Assembly: GCA_965250085.1 (NCBI GenBank)
Contig: OZ252287.1
Coordinates: forward strand, 576,001 to 640,000
Length of the DNA stretch: 64,000 nucleotides
From: Candidatus Altimarinota bacterium
GTDB lineage: Bacteria > Patescibacteriota > Gracilibacteria > CAIRYL01
Direction of reading: 5' to 3'
The notes under the pieces are model-generated. The model worked only from the letters and a program-made list of their open reading frames with translations, did no database searches and was not told the origin of the DNA. Both the position numbers and the translations under genes were made by a program. Positions 21,880 through 31,757 of this stretch are shown here, piece by piece; the first letter of the stretch is position 1; each line of letters begins with the position of its first letter.

Positions 21880-22425
21880 TTAGAAGCAGTTTTTTATCTG
21901 CTTATCAGGAAATGCGCTTTTAATAGTGAGAACATAGCCCATTTTGGCTTCTCTATCATCAGGGCATCTTACTCTATCTTCAGAAAGAGGTAGGAGTACA
22001 AAATAAACACCTTTGAAAGAGGTGTTTATTTTAGACAGTTTTTCTATCAGGGGTTCAGTATTAGTTGCAGTAGCACAATCAGACCAGATCAATAAAATTG
22101 TATCTTTTCTTATATCCTCAGGATAGTGTGCTTCTTTTTTCTTCATCGACCTGCTTATCGCGTCAAATAGCTCTAGATCAATATTGAAAAACACTTCGGG
22201 TTTTTCGGGTGCCTTTTTCTCTGTCTTACGTAAATCACTCTCACTCCAAACGATTTGTATTTTATGTTCTTTTTGAGATCCTGAGATCAAAAATCCATCA
22301 GCATCAGCATTTTCGTCATCACGCCCATAGATATAAGAAAGATCATGGCTTTTATTGAGTCGCATGACAAAAAATTCACCGCACTTTCTTTCTTCCTCGA
22401 TTGTCTTTTCGTCACCAGTTATCAT
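21880..22425 (-). CDS. Hypothetical protein, possible PD-(D/E)XK-like fold
   Basis: 181-aa ORF with DADGFLI...KIQIV; fold is inference. Confidence 0.55.
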   Translation of the reverse strand: MITGDEKTIEEERKCGEFFVMRLNKSHDLSYIYGRDDENADADGFLISGSQKEHKIQIVWSESDLRKTEKKAPEKPEVFFNIDLELFDAISRSMKKKEAHYPEDIRKDTILLIWSDCATATNTEPLIEKLSKINTSFKGVYFVLLPLSEDRVRCPDDREAKMGYVLTIKSAFPDKQIKNCF

Positions 22426-22491
22426 AAATCGTGTGGGAAAGAAAATTCGCCAAATCCTTTCTTAGGCAGAAGCGGACTCGAACCATGACCG

Positions 22492-22576
22492 TGGTGCCCA
22501 GAAGAGGACTTGAACCTCTACGCCTTACGGCACTAGCTCCTAAGGCTAGCGTGTCTACCAATTTCACCACCTGGGC
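22492..22576 (-). tRNA. tRNA-Leu(TAG)
   Basis: GCCCAGG..., anticodon arm CTAGC-CTTAGGA-GCTAG, long variable arm, GGTTCAAGTCC, encoded CCA. Confidence 0.95.
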
Positions 22577-22618
22577 TTGGTGGATAAGATTGTAGGAGAA
22601 TGCTACTCAGAAAAGCAA

Positions 22619-23660
22619 CCCGCATTCTGTGGTGAAGTGCACCACTTGGGATAAAAAGATATTAGAGATTGTTATAGAAGTCAAAGACATGGGTGGGAGT
22701 TCTAAAGCCGAGAACTTTCATGGGAGTGTTGTTAAGAGTATCAACAAAGGATTGTAACTGGTTTTGAGAGAAATTCTTGAGGTCAGCTTTCTTAGGGACA
22801 AATTTTCTAAGTTTTCCAATGGCGTTTTCTACAGAGCCTTTTTGCCAAGAAGAGTAGGGGTCACAAAAATAAATAGGGATTCTTAAGTCTTTATATCTTG
22901 TGTTTTCTACACCGTTGTCCAAGGTAAGTGAGTATGCAGGGAGTTGGTGCAGAATGTCTCCAAATCCCTGCATGGATTCTCTGAGCCGAGACACCTTCTT
23001 CACGAATATTTTACGAGAGAGTCGTTCTCTAACGATGACAAGAGTTTGTGGGGAAGCTTTCTTGGGTCTGCCCATGGTATCTCCTTCGTAGTGTCCAAAT
23101 CTTTTCTTCTGGTTGATATGCTGAGGTCTTTGGGCAATAAACACTCTATCTTTGATGATTTCATGCTTTGATTTCTTCTTTCTCCGTTTACGCTTCCTAT
23201 ATCTCTTGCGATAAAGAAGAGGACATAGGTCTTGTCCGTGTGCACTGTAGAGATATGTATAGATGGCATCTTTCCCAATACGAACTCTCTTCTCCAAGTA
23301 CAGTACTCCTGCAATCTTCTCTGGTGACCATTTTAACAACATCTTTTCTCGCATATACTTCTCTATCTCATCATCCTCACGTACCTTCATTCCTTGGTAT
23401 TTACTAAATCTTCTTTTGTTCTGTGCTTTTTGATGAGCCTTACACGCATCGTATCCTCCTCTCTTCATCTTCCGCTTGAGCTCTCTGATGATTGTAGAGT
23501 GACTCCTGTTCATCGCTTTGGCTATCGATCTCATCGAATACCCTTTGGAGTGGAGTATTAAGAGTTCTTGTCTCTCGCTCTTACTGAAGTGTTCATAGTT
23601 GTTCATGCACCTAGAGTATTAAATTCTTCCGAGGTGGTGCACTTCAAACTCGAATTGAGG
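22619..23660 (-). mobile_element. IS30-family insertion sequence, copy 1 (1042 bp, TSD CAA)
   Basis: Imperfect terminal IRs sharing TGAAGTGCACC; CAA at 22616-22618 and 23661-23663; same ends as the copy at 47552. Confidence 0.93.
22662..23606 (-). CDS. IS30-family transposase
   Basis: N-terminal HTH (STIIRELKR), WSPEKIA, GHYEGDT, LTLDNGVE, WQKGSVENAIG DDE motifs. Confidence 0.95.
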   Translation of the reverse strand: MNNYEHFSKSERQELLILHSKGYSMRSIAKAMNRSHSTIIRELKRKMKRGGYDACKAHQKAQNKRRFSKYQGMKVREDDEIEKYMREKMLLKWSPEKIAGVLYLEKRVRIGKDAIYTYLYSAHGQDLCPLLYRKRYRKRKRRKKKSKHEIIKDRVFIAQRPQHINQKKRFGHYEGDTMGRPKKASPQTLVIVRERLSRKIFVKKVSRLRESMQGFGDILHQLPAYSLTLDNGVENTRYKDLRIPIYFCDPYSSWQKGSVENAIGKLRKFVPKKADLKNFSQNQLQSFVDTLNNTPMKVLGFRTPTHVFDFYNNL

Positions 23661-23707
23661 CAAGATGAAGGCTTTTTACTTTCTTCTTTGAGCTTTATAA
23701 TCTCATT

Positions 23708-23959
23708 GTGCAAGATCAATTCAGAAAAGAATTTTTGGCCCAAAGATGTCTGTCCGTTCGAGTGATTCCAAATGCAAAGAAGAATCAAGTGGTAGGGAAA
23801 ATGGAAAACGGAGTTTGGAAAATTCGTATTTGTGCTCCTGCCAAAGAAGGAAGAGCCAATGCAGAACTTATCGATTTTATGAATCGAATTTGCGGAAAGA
23901 AATTTCGTATTCTCTCCGGCAAGACAAGTAGACTCAAGACAATTCAAATTTTTGATTAA
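23708..23959 (+). CDS. DUF167/YggU family protein
   Basis: VRVIPNAKK, IRICAPAKEGRANAELI, ILSGKTSRLK. Confidence 0.85.
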   Translation: MQDQFRKEFLAQRCLSVRVIPNAKKNQVVGKMENGVWKIRICAPAKEGRANAELIDFMNRICGKKFRILSGKTSRLKTIQIFD

Positions 23960-24001
23960 AGAAAAGAGTAATTTTTATTTTCCCCTAATGTATTGCGTAT
24001 C

Positions 24002-24922
24002 ATGAAGTTTTTAAAAATCTTCCAAAAGCAAAAATATTCTGCTGTGCTCAAAAAGCGAAAACAGAACTCATATTCACTGCTCTTGCGCAAAAAAAGACAA
24101 AAAGTCTCTCTCCAGAAATCAAGAATCTCATGGAAAAGAATATGGTCGCTCAATCTAAAAAAATATTCAAATATTGCTTTTGGGATACTCGTTGGATGCA
24201 CTATTTTTCTCATATTAGGAGGATTTTTCTTCTTCTCCAACTTTTTTACTATCAAAGATATTCTCCTGACAAGAAGAGATTTTCGAGTCAATGTGCAGGG
24301 TGTATCTTCTGTTTTAAAGACCTTACAAGGAGAAAACGTATTCTTAACCTCCAAGAAAGAAATCACTGAATCTTTATCTCAAAAATTTCCAGAAATTCAT
24401 ACTATCGAAATAACAAAAATACCCCCTAGTGCCATACGTATAACCGTGGCTACATTTCCTATCGTTGCAAAGTGGGAGTTTGAACTTGCTGAAAAAAGTG
24501 AAGATTTATCGGAAAATCTCATAGTATTTATCAATACATTGGGACAAGTGAGCCCCACAGAAGAAGGGGACGAAGAAACAGCATTTCATATTATTGAAAA
24601 ATCCAAAGTCATTCCTACTGGATTTGCATTTGGCACTTCAATTTACCCTCGTCAAAATTTAGAAAAAATATTGGAAACAAAGGAGCTTCTGGAAGCAGAA
24701 ATTCCTTATTCAATAGATTTGGTTCATGTATTTCGTGATGCTCAAGAGATTCATTTTATCACGAAAGATGGTCCTGAATTCTGGATGGATTTTGCAACCT
24801 TTTTGGAAGATCAGATTCAAAAGATACCATCTGCGCTTCAGGAAACTGATATCTTTGCCAAAAATATTCTCTATTTGGACTTGAGAATTCCTGATAAGAT
24901 CTTTATCAAAGAAAAATCATAA
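24002..24922 (+). CDS. FtsQ/DivIB-like cell division protein
   Basis: Basic N-tail, one TM, POTRA-like region, C-terminal YLDLRIPDKIFIK. Confidence 0.75.
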   Translation: MKFLKIFQKQKYSAVLKKRKQNSYSLLLRKKRQKVSLQKSRISWKRIWSLNLKKYSNIAFGILVGCTIFLILGGFFFFSNFFTIKDILLTRRDFRVNVQGVSSVLKTLQGENVFLTSKKEITESLSQKFPEIHTIEITKIPPSAIRITVATFPIVAKWEFELAEKSEDLSENLIVFINTLGQVSPTEEGDEETAFHIIEKSKVIPTGFAFGTSIYPRQNLEKILETKELLEAEIPYSIDLVHVFRDAQEIHFITKDGPEFWMDFATFLEDQIQKIPSALQETDIFAKNILYLDLRIPDKIFIKEKS

Positions 24923-24923
24923 A

Positions 24924-25784
24924 ATGGGTGAACTCTTTTCTCTCCTTGCGGCTGCTGTGTTATTTCAAGCCGATGTGTCTGGGTATGTGGATACTTCTTT
25001 TAGTGCTTCAAATCCTGCGCAGCAATTTGAAGTATCTTTGCTTCCTCAAGCATATCCCATTTTAGACCCTGCTATTACAGCATCTGCAGTAGTGATTGGC
25101 GATGTGAATTCTGGAACAACCCTCTGGACGCGTGCGGCAGATGAAACACGACCAATGGCAAGTCTCACCAAATTGATGACCGCATTACTTATCCTGGAAA
25201 ATCATAGTATGTCAGAAGTAGTGACAGTTCCCCCTGAGGCAACCACAGTAGAAGGTGCTCGTATGGGTATTCTTTCTGGTGAAAAAATAAGGGTTCAAGG
25301 TCTTCTCAAAGGACTTTTGATTCGCTCTGCAAATGATGCTGCTATTGCTCTGGCTGTCTTTCATTCGGGCTCAGAATCTGCATTTATAGAAGCAATGAAT
25401 CAACGGGCTGCATTCCTTTCTCTCAAAAATACGCATTTTATGAATCCTCACGGACTCGATGCAGAAAACCATTTCTCAAGTGCAAGAGATCTTTTTTTGC
25501 TCTCTAGAAAAGTTTTGGAATTTCCTCAGGTTCGTCAAATAGCAGAAATCAGGAAAACAGAGGTGACATCTCTCTATGGAACCTTTACTCATGAAATCGC
25601 AACTACAAACGCTCTTCTTGGATCAGGACTTCCCGTAAAAGGTCTCAAAACAGGCACTACAAAAAATGCGGGAGAGTGCCTCATTACTCTCGCAGAGAAT
25701 GGTAATTTTGAATCTCTCATTGTTGTTCTGGGAAGTGAAGCTCGATTTGCAGATACCAAAAAACTTCTTTCTTTTCTTTTATAG
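24924..25784 (+). CDS. D-alanyl-D-alanine carboxypeptidase (peptidase S11)
   Basis: ASLTKLMT (SxxK), SANDAA (SxN), GLKTGTT (KTG). Confidence 0.92.
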   Translation: MGELFSLLAAAVLFQADVSGYVDTSFSASNPAQQFEVSLLPQAYPILDPAITASAVVIGDVNSGTTLWTRAADETRPMASLTKLMTALLILENHSMSEVVTVPPEATTVEGARMGILSGEKIRVQGLLKGLLIRSANDAAIALAVFHSGSESAFIEAMNQRAAFLSLKNTHFMNPHGLDAENHFSSARDLFLLSRKVLEFPQVRQIAEIRKTEVTSLYGTFTHEIATTNALLGSGLPVKGLKTGTTKNAGECLITLAENGNFESLIVVLGSEARFADTKKLLSFLL

Positions 25785-25905
25785 GGTTGTACATTACAGG
25801 CAGTTTGTTCCATTGCTTTTCTCAATAAAAATCCGTACAATCCGCCGAGAGTTTGTAAAAAGGAGGGCTCTGTTAGAGATGAGGAAAGGCATGTTTTTAT
25901 CTTGA

Positions 25906-27021
25906 ATGAACGAAGAAAACGAGTTGTCTACCGTGAATAAATCTGTTCGGAAAGAAAGACATCAGCGTCTTAAGCTCATTTCTCCTCTTTTTAAAAGCTG
26001 GGCACGTATAGAAGGAGGTCTTTCTCCCAAGGAAAAAAAGATAGAACATTCATTTTTCTGGAGAGTGACTTCCCTTGGAACGCTCTTTTTCTTTGTTGCT
26101 TCTCTCTTTCCTCAATTTGTAACCACTGCAGAAGAGTTTTGGACACTTTCTGGGCAAGCAGAGATTCCTGTCCAGTTTGACCAAAACATTGGACTTGTAG
26201 CTGAAGGATTCCTCGTAAAACCAGAAATTATTGATGTGGGTCCAGAAGACAGGACCGGTATTACTGATATTCGGGAATACACAGTTGAGCCAGGCGACAC
26301 GATTTCACAAATCGCCGTGACACATGGGGTCACCACAAGAACTATTTTGCAAAATAATGAAATTCCAAATCCAAATGCCCTCAAAGCTGGACAAGTTCTT
26401 AAAATAATTCCTGTAGATGGAGTTCTTCATGAAGTAAAAAAAGGAGATACTCTTGCAAAGATTGGAACAAAATATAAAACAGAACAGGAAAAGATTATTG
26501 CTCAAAACGATCTCCTTGAAGATGAGCCTCTTGTCGAAGGAGATCATCTGATCATTCCTGGTGCAAAAAAGGAACTGCCCAAACCGGTATATGTTGCTCG
26601 TCCCACGTATTCAGGGACATATACTCCCCCATCTGGTGGTGGTGGATCTGCCCCTGGCAGACTCCTCAGGCCTACTTCTGGAAAATATACACAATATTTC
26701 CGATATGGACACTGGGCAGTGGATATCGCTGCTCCTGGCGGAACACCCATTTATGCGGCAGCAGGTGGTACTGTGATCAAAGCTTCATATGGATGGGGCG
26801 GTGGATATGGAAATCATCTCATTATTGATCATGGAGGTGGCTTGCAAACATTATATGCGCACAACAGCAAATTGTATGTCAATGCAGGACAGACAGTCAG
26901 TCAGGGGCAAGCAATTGCTGCCATGGGAAATACGGGACGAGTATATGGTCGCACTGGGATCCATTTGCACTTTGAGGTTAGAAGAAATGGAGTCAAGCAA
27001 AATCCTTTGGCGTATTTTTAA
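25906..27021 (+). CDS. LysM x2 + M23 peptidase
   Basis: Two LysM repeats; HWAVDIA, GYGN, TLYAH, HLHFEV. Confidence 0.92.
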   Translation: MNEENELSTVNKSVRKERHQRLKLISPLFKSWARIEGGLSPKEKKIEHSFFWRVTSLGTLFFFVASLFPQFVTTAEEFWTLSGQAEIPVQFDQNIGLVAEGFLVKPEIIDVGPEDRTGITDIREYTVEPGDTISQIAVTHGVTTRTILQNNEIPNPNALKAGQVLKIIPVDGVLHEVKKGDTLAKIGTKYKTEQEKIIAQNDLLEDEPLVEGDHLIIPGAKKELPKPVYVARPTYSGTYTPPSGGGGSAPGRLLRPTSGKYTQYFRYGHWAVDIAAPGGTPIYAAAGGTVIKASYGWGGGYGNHLIIDHGGGLQTLYAHNSKLYVNAGQTVSQGQAIAAMGNTGRVYGRTGIHLHFEVRRNGVKQNPLAYF

Positions 27022-27088
27022 AAAATCGACAAAGAATATAACTGGTGTTTCTTTATAAACTTTTTACTTTCAACTTTTAACTTGTTTC

Positions 27089-27165
27089 GGGGCATTAGCT
27101 CAGTTGGCTAGAGCGCACGCATGGCATGCGTGAGGTCATGGGTTCGAATCCCATATGCTCCACCA
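27089..27165 (+). tRNA. tRNA-Ala(GGC)
   Basis: GGGGCAT..., anticodon arm CACGC-ATGGCAT-GCGTG, GGTTCGAATCC, encoded CCA. Confidence 0.96.
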
Positions 27166-28658
27166 AACAGGATTCTTCATTCTTAGATTGCCTGAGGAGG
27201 CGGTACAGAAGCGAGAATTGAGCGGTTCGAAGTTCAGAATCTGGGTGATACGGAATAGGCGGGGTGAAGACGAGTTTCTGGATGATCTGGCGGCGGATCA
27301 GATCGCTGTTTTTCCAGGTCTATACGGGGTTTTGCAGAATATTTCTTCCACTGGTGAGCAGTGGTTCAAGAGAGTATGCGACCTCATCGTTTTCAGAGTG
27401 GGTGAGCCGATCGAGTTCGGCTTGCAGGGTTTCGATCCGTTTCTCATAGATTCGTCGGACAGCAGGCGTTGAGGCGTTCTCCAGTGCTTCCAGGCACGTA
27501 TCTCTTTTCTTCTGGATTGCTCCTTTTTCTTCTTGCTGAGCGGTTCGGTTGATGTCCCGCAAGGTCTGTTTGTTCTGGAAGGCATCGGTCAGGACGGTTT
27601 CGAGGAGTTTTACAGAGCCTGCAGAAGGCACGGCGTCGTGCAGACGCTCGAGAAACTGGTCCTCCATCTTCTCTTTCCGTAGATTGAAGCATCCGGGATT
27701 CGGGCACCCGTAGTAGGCGTATCGTTTGCTTCTTCCCTTGGCCCAATAGGAAGAGACCTGTCGATCACATCGAGTGCACCGCAGGAATCCTCGCAAGGGA
27801 AATTCTTCTCGTTTCTTGAGACACCTCACTCCCTTCGTTTTCTTCCGGTGATCGAGTCTGCTGAGAATCCTTCGATGGGTTTCTTCGCTAATAAGAGCCT
27901 TATGAATTCCCTTCACCCGCAGATTCCATTTGGTGCAGACACACCAGCCGGAATAGATCTCATTGCTGAGCAATCGACGTACGGTTTCTGCCGGGAATGA
28001 CCGGTGTGTTGATGAGTGCCGTAAGCACCCTTGTTGTTGGAGAAAGCATCCGACACTTCGCTGCGTGGGGAGTTTCTCCAGAAGCATACTTCTCCAGCGC
28101 GTCACGAAGCGCATCGCTTGTTGGAGGATCTGGAACAAGAATCTTCTGTCCTTGTTTCTTCCCATACCGATATCCGAGTGGAGGACCGAAGACCCAGTAC
28201 CCGGCCATGAAGCGTGCCTTCATCCGACGAATAACTTGCCGTCTGTTCTGTTTGCGTTCGAGTTCAGCCGTAGCCGCAATGACCGTTTCTACAAACGCCC
28301 CTTCTGGAGAATCATCAAACCGGAACGTCGGGCAAAGGGGATAGGCGTTTCTTGCAGCCAGTTCTTGCCGCAGTTTTAGGTGAAACACCGTGTCGCGGGC
28401 AAATCTCTTAATGTCATCAAAGATAACGGCATATTTCTTCTCTTCCTGTTCTTCGAGGAATGCAAGGAGCTGACAGATCCCCGGCCGTTTCCAGAAATCA
28501 CCTCCTCCGGAAGCATCATCGGTAAAAACACGAGCAACCGTAAACCCTTGTTCTCGAGCGTATTGCCGGCAAGTCGCTTCCTGGGAACTGAGCCCATGTC
28601 CTTCACGAACTTGTTTCTGGCTGGAGACCCGGCAGTAGAGCACGGCGCATGGCATCAA
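27095..28658 (-). pseudogene. Large serine recombinase, disrupted (frameshift near 28074, in-frame TAG at 27320-27322)
   Basis: YCRVSS catalytic motif and RFAR in ORF 27960-28658; recombinase, CxxC Zn-ribbon and coiled-coil in ORF 27320-28165; same frame continues past the TAG to TAA at 27095. Confidence 0.85.
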
Positions 28659-28712
28659 TGAGGAGGAAACAGGAAGACAAAAAAGAGAGATCGGGAAGGA
28701 ACAGATGTACCG

Positions 28713-28859
28713 TCACTGTAATCCTCCTCTCTCCTGCAGATCAAGCAGATCGTTGGCAAGAGCGTACAGGGCTTCCAGCATCTGCTGGATATCGTCATCG
28801 GAGAGAAGATCCGCTTCTGCGCCGAGAATCTGCCGTGCTTCGGAGACCGTTACTGCCAT
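28713..28859 (-). CDS. Small protein upstream of the serine recombinase
   Basis: MAVTVSEARQILGAEADLLSDDDIQQMLEALYALA; co-oriented just upstream of the recombinase. Confidence 0.55.
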   Translation of the reverse strand: MAVTVSEARQILGAEADLLSDDDIQQMLEALYALANDLLDLQERGGLQ

Positions 28860-29050
28860 CAATGGATCGAGAAAGAGGGAAGAGGAAGAGAAAGCGTCTC
28901 TTCCATTCTCCGATGACACGGCATCGTGTCCAGGTTCTCAGTTGCCGATCGTGAAGCCGGAGCGCCGGATTTTCTTCCTTCAAGAAACGAACTGGTTCAG
29001 TTCTTGACAGCACGGATTAGGCAGCATGGCCGCCGGTGTGCGTGTGTGTG

Positions 29051-29150
29051 CCTCAAATTTTCAGGGAAATTTTGAGGGGTGCAAGATTGCAATTGGGCAT
29101 CCGAGCACAGCTCTGCCCAATTGCAGCATCAGCCCCGCACGGCCGGGCTG
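29051..29150. repeat. Three tandem inverted repeats
   Basis: CCTCAAATTTTC/GAAATTTTGAGG (29051-29077); TGCAATTGGGCA/TGCCCAATTGCA (29088-29125); CAGCCC/GGGCTG (about 29130-29150). Confidence 0.65.
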
Positions 29151-29264
29151 CCTCCGGTGTGTGGTGCGAGGGATGGGAGCCGTGAATGGACGATAAGAAA
29201 GGGCGACCAGAAGGTCGCTCTTTCTTGTTTTACGCCCTGCCACTTCGGAGCTCACCTTTGTTTG

Positions 29265-30794
29265 CTAGTCAATCACCTCCATTCGGAATTCACATCGGGT
29301 CGTGCCGCCCTCGCTTTCATTGACGACTCCATTCTTGATACCTTCGGTGAAACTCGGAATACAAGTTGCTAGGCCAAAGGGCCCTTCGGGGGTCGGGGGA
29401 TGTGTCACGATCCGCTGGTCGCAATCGTGTACCCAGGGAATGAGATCGGGCCAGAACTCCAAGTTCTCACCGTCCATCCATATCCGAATCTCTCTTCCTA
29501 ACGCAACCGTCCCAGTGAATTCGTTACTGCTGCAGTCGGCACTTCCGATTAATTGCCAGTCGCCAAGTTCATTCCGTTGCTGAATCGTAACCCGATCCAT
29601 ACTCGGGGTTGGGGCGTAGTAGATGCTCACATTGTCGATTCGGAAGGTTGTGGGATTGGCTCCGTCAGAAGTACCTTCGAACCATAGTCGCGCTGGATGA
29701 CCCGCGACATGTTCTACCCTGAATCCGTGGCTGACGTATTCTTCTGACCTATCGCCGTTGTCGAAGGTCTCATCCCACCACGTCATGGAATTACTCAGAT
29801 CCGTGATTGATACAGAGAAGATGTCTCTTCTCGGCTCTGGCTGAACGTCTGGCTCCTCTGATTCCACCTGGAGCCAAAATCGCAACAGGGCCGAGTCTGC
29901 ATCGGCGGGAATCGTGAACGACTGCGAGATAGAACCCACAGCTCCGTCCTTGGGCGATCCCGATGCATCCACGCCAACTGCGGCATATCCGGGACTAGTC
30001 CGAAACAACTGCAGGTTCGTTCCGGCCCAGGCATCCCCTACCACGTCCCACTCCGCATCGCCCTCCGTAAAGCTGCCGTTCAGAATTACGTCGTCGAGCC
30101 CAACGGGCGCAGAAGGAACCGGTGGGCATTCGGTAAAGAGATGATTCGCCCCGCAGGTACCGCCATTTTCGGGAGGGTACTCAGAACGCTTTTTCCTTGC
30201 CGAGGAATCTCTCGTTATGTCGTAAGGATCCACCCCTAGTCCTGCCCCGTATCTTCCTCGAAACACTTCCCAATGGAGGTGAATACATTCTTGCTCCGGA
30301 GGCTCGGACTCACAGCTGTCATAGCCCGTGTTTAATGCGTTTGCGAGGTGGTCACCTCGTTTCACTCGAATTCCCGAAGTGAATGGGTCGTTGCTCTTGC
30401 GATATGCCTCCGGGTACCGAAGATATGCTTCGTTCGACTCTAGATGGGCGAAGAGCGAAATGAAATGGTTTCCACTAGCATCAGTCTGATCATGCTTGAG
30501 CAACAAAATATTTCCGTAACCTTTATTTCCAGTGCCTTCCTTATCTCGAATGACCAGACCCGATGCCGGAGCCCTGACCGAAAAAGACAACCACTGGTTG
30601 GCGTTTGAATACTGCCCAAGATAATAGTCGAACGGGAATTCCCCATATCCCCGGTGCGGACCCCAGGAACCATCGTATTGTGTGCCAGCACTCATCCTCA
30701 CATCAGGATCTGCCCATGGGAGAGTGAGGAACTGCTGCGCTACCGTCTCCTGACCTATTAAAAGTGAAATACAAGCGATTAATTGGTGCTTCAT
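29265..30794 (-). CDS. Secreted M23-like peptidase with C-terminal beta-sandwich domains
   Basis: Signal peptide; GYGN, SLFAHL, HLHWEV; NGSFTEG...FRIDNVSI jelly-roll-like domain. Confidence 0.75.
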   Translation of the reverse strand: MKHQLIACISLLIGQETVAQQFLTLPWADPDVRMSAGTQYDGSWGPHRGYGEFPFDYYLGQYSNANQWLSFSVRAPASGLVIRDKEGTGNKGYGNILLLKHDQTDASGNHFISLFAHLESNEAYLRYPEAYRKSNDPFTSGIRVKRGDHLANALNTGYDSCESEPPEQECIHLHWEVFRGRYGAGLGVDPYDITRDSSARKKRSEYPPENGGTCGANHLFTECPPVPSAPVGLDDVILNGSFTEGDAEWDVVGDAWAGTNLQLFRTSPGYAAVGVDASGSPKDGAVGSISQSFTIPADADSALLRFWLQVESEEPDVQPEPRRDIFSVSITDLSNSMTWWDETFDNGDRSEEYVSHGFRVEHVAGHPARLWFEGTSDGANPTTFRIDNVSIYYAPTPSMDRVTIQQRNELGDWQLIGSADCSSNEFTGTVALGREIRIWMDGENLEFWPDLIPWVHDCDQRIVTHPPTPEGPFGLATCIPSFTEGIKNGVVNESEGGTTRCEFRMEVID

Positions 30795-30821
30795 TCAGAC
30801 ACCTCCTTCGGATTTACAAAT

Positions 30822-31610
30822 TTAGTGGAAAGAAAGGCTGTCAATGATGCGCGCGAAGTCAGCGGATTCCATAGTTGTGATATGAGCGGTGACTTCGAGA
30901 AAGAGGGTGCGGTCAGAGTTGAGAAAGAGTCGATGCGCCCCTGTCATAGTGTCAGCGCGAACAAGCAAAGATCCGTCGGCAAACATCTGATCGGAGTCTA
31001 TGTAGTCGTAGCGGCTCACACTTATTGCCCTGAGAGCTTCTTCGCGACTAGAGTCAGGGTAAGGGTTTGCCTCTATCTCGAAGTCTGCATACACCCCCCA
31101 AGGATCTGTACCGCCAACTGTGACTTGATTCTCCCCAGGGGTAGCTCCTTGAAGTAGCTCAGGTGGGAGCCAGAATTCCAGATCGCCAAACTCGACGCGC
31201 CCCCAGTCCGGAATGAGATCTATTGTGATCGGCACCGGTCCCGAATGCGTCCTGCCCTTCTTTCCCGGAAGGTACTCGCGGACATGAAACGTGAAGTCGA
31301 GGGACGCGTGAGGATCATCCTCAGGTATGAGGAAGTTGATCTCGTACGTAATGCTGTCTCCCTTCATAGCCTCGGTCGGACCGTTGGGCTCGATATGGGT
31401 GATGTAGGGCTGACCCTCCGAGCTGACCCACGGATGAGTAAGACCAAGATCTCGTGTGGCCGTGCATGTAATCGTTTCGGTCATCTCCTGACCGAGAACC
31501 GGCTCTAGTTCCAACTTCCTCGGCTCACATTCCATGGCCGGCTTTGCGCTCAGCACTCCTGAGAACAGGGTGAGGATGAGTCCGCTGGCGACAATTGCGA
31601 GTTTTGTCAT
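30822..31610 (-). CDS. Secreted protein with N-terminal Ig-like domain
   Basis: GGAG RBS before MTKLAIV; signal peptide; N-domain resembles that of 32343-33176. Confidence 0.65.
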   Translation of the reverse strand: MTKLAIVASGLILTLFSGVLSAKPAMECEPRKLELEPVLGQEMTETITCTATRDLGLTHPWVSSEGQPYITHIEPNGPTEAMKGDSITYEINFLIPEDDPHASLDFTFHVREYLPGKKGRTHSGPVPITIDLIPDWGRVEFGDLEFWLPPELLQGATPGENQVTVGGTDPWGVYADFEIEANPYPDSSREEALRAISVSRYDYIDSDQMFADGSLLVRADTMTGAHRLFLNSDRTLFLEVTAHITTMESADFARIIDSLSFH

Positions 31611-31757
31611 GTTGTGTCTCCAAGAAAACAGGTCTGGAATTGGTTGCTTTGCGGCATCGGTTATCTCCGTAGATGGCATCGTAGGATACAATGCGGTGAA
31701 TTGTCAATGCAATGGCGAAACAGATTTGCATCATGGCGGTAGGATAAACTCCGCCAT

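Noticed and set aside
28060-28085. Programmed frameshift in the serine recombinase
   Set aside because: No canonical slippery heptamer, and a second lesion (TAG) favours decay.
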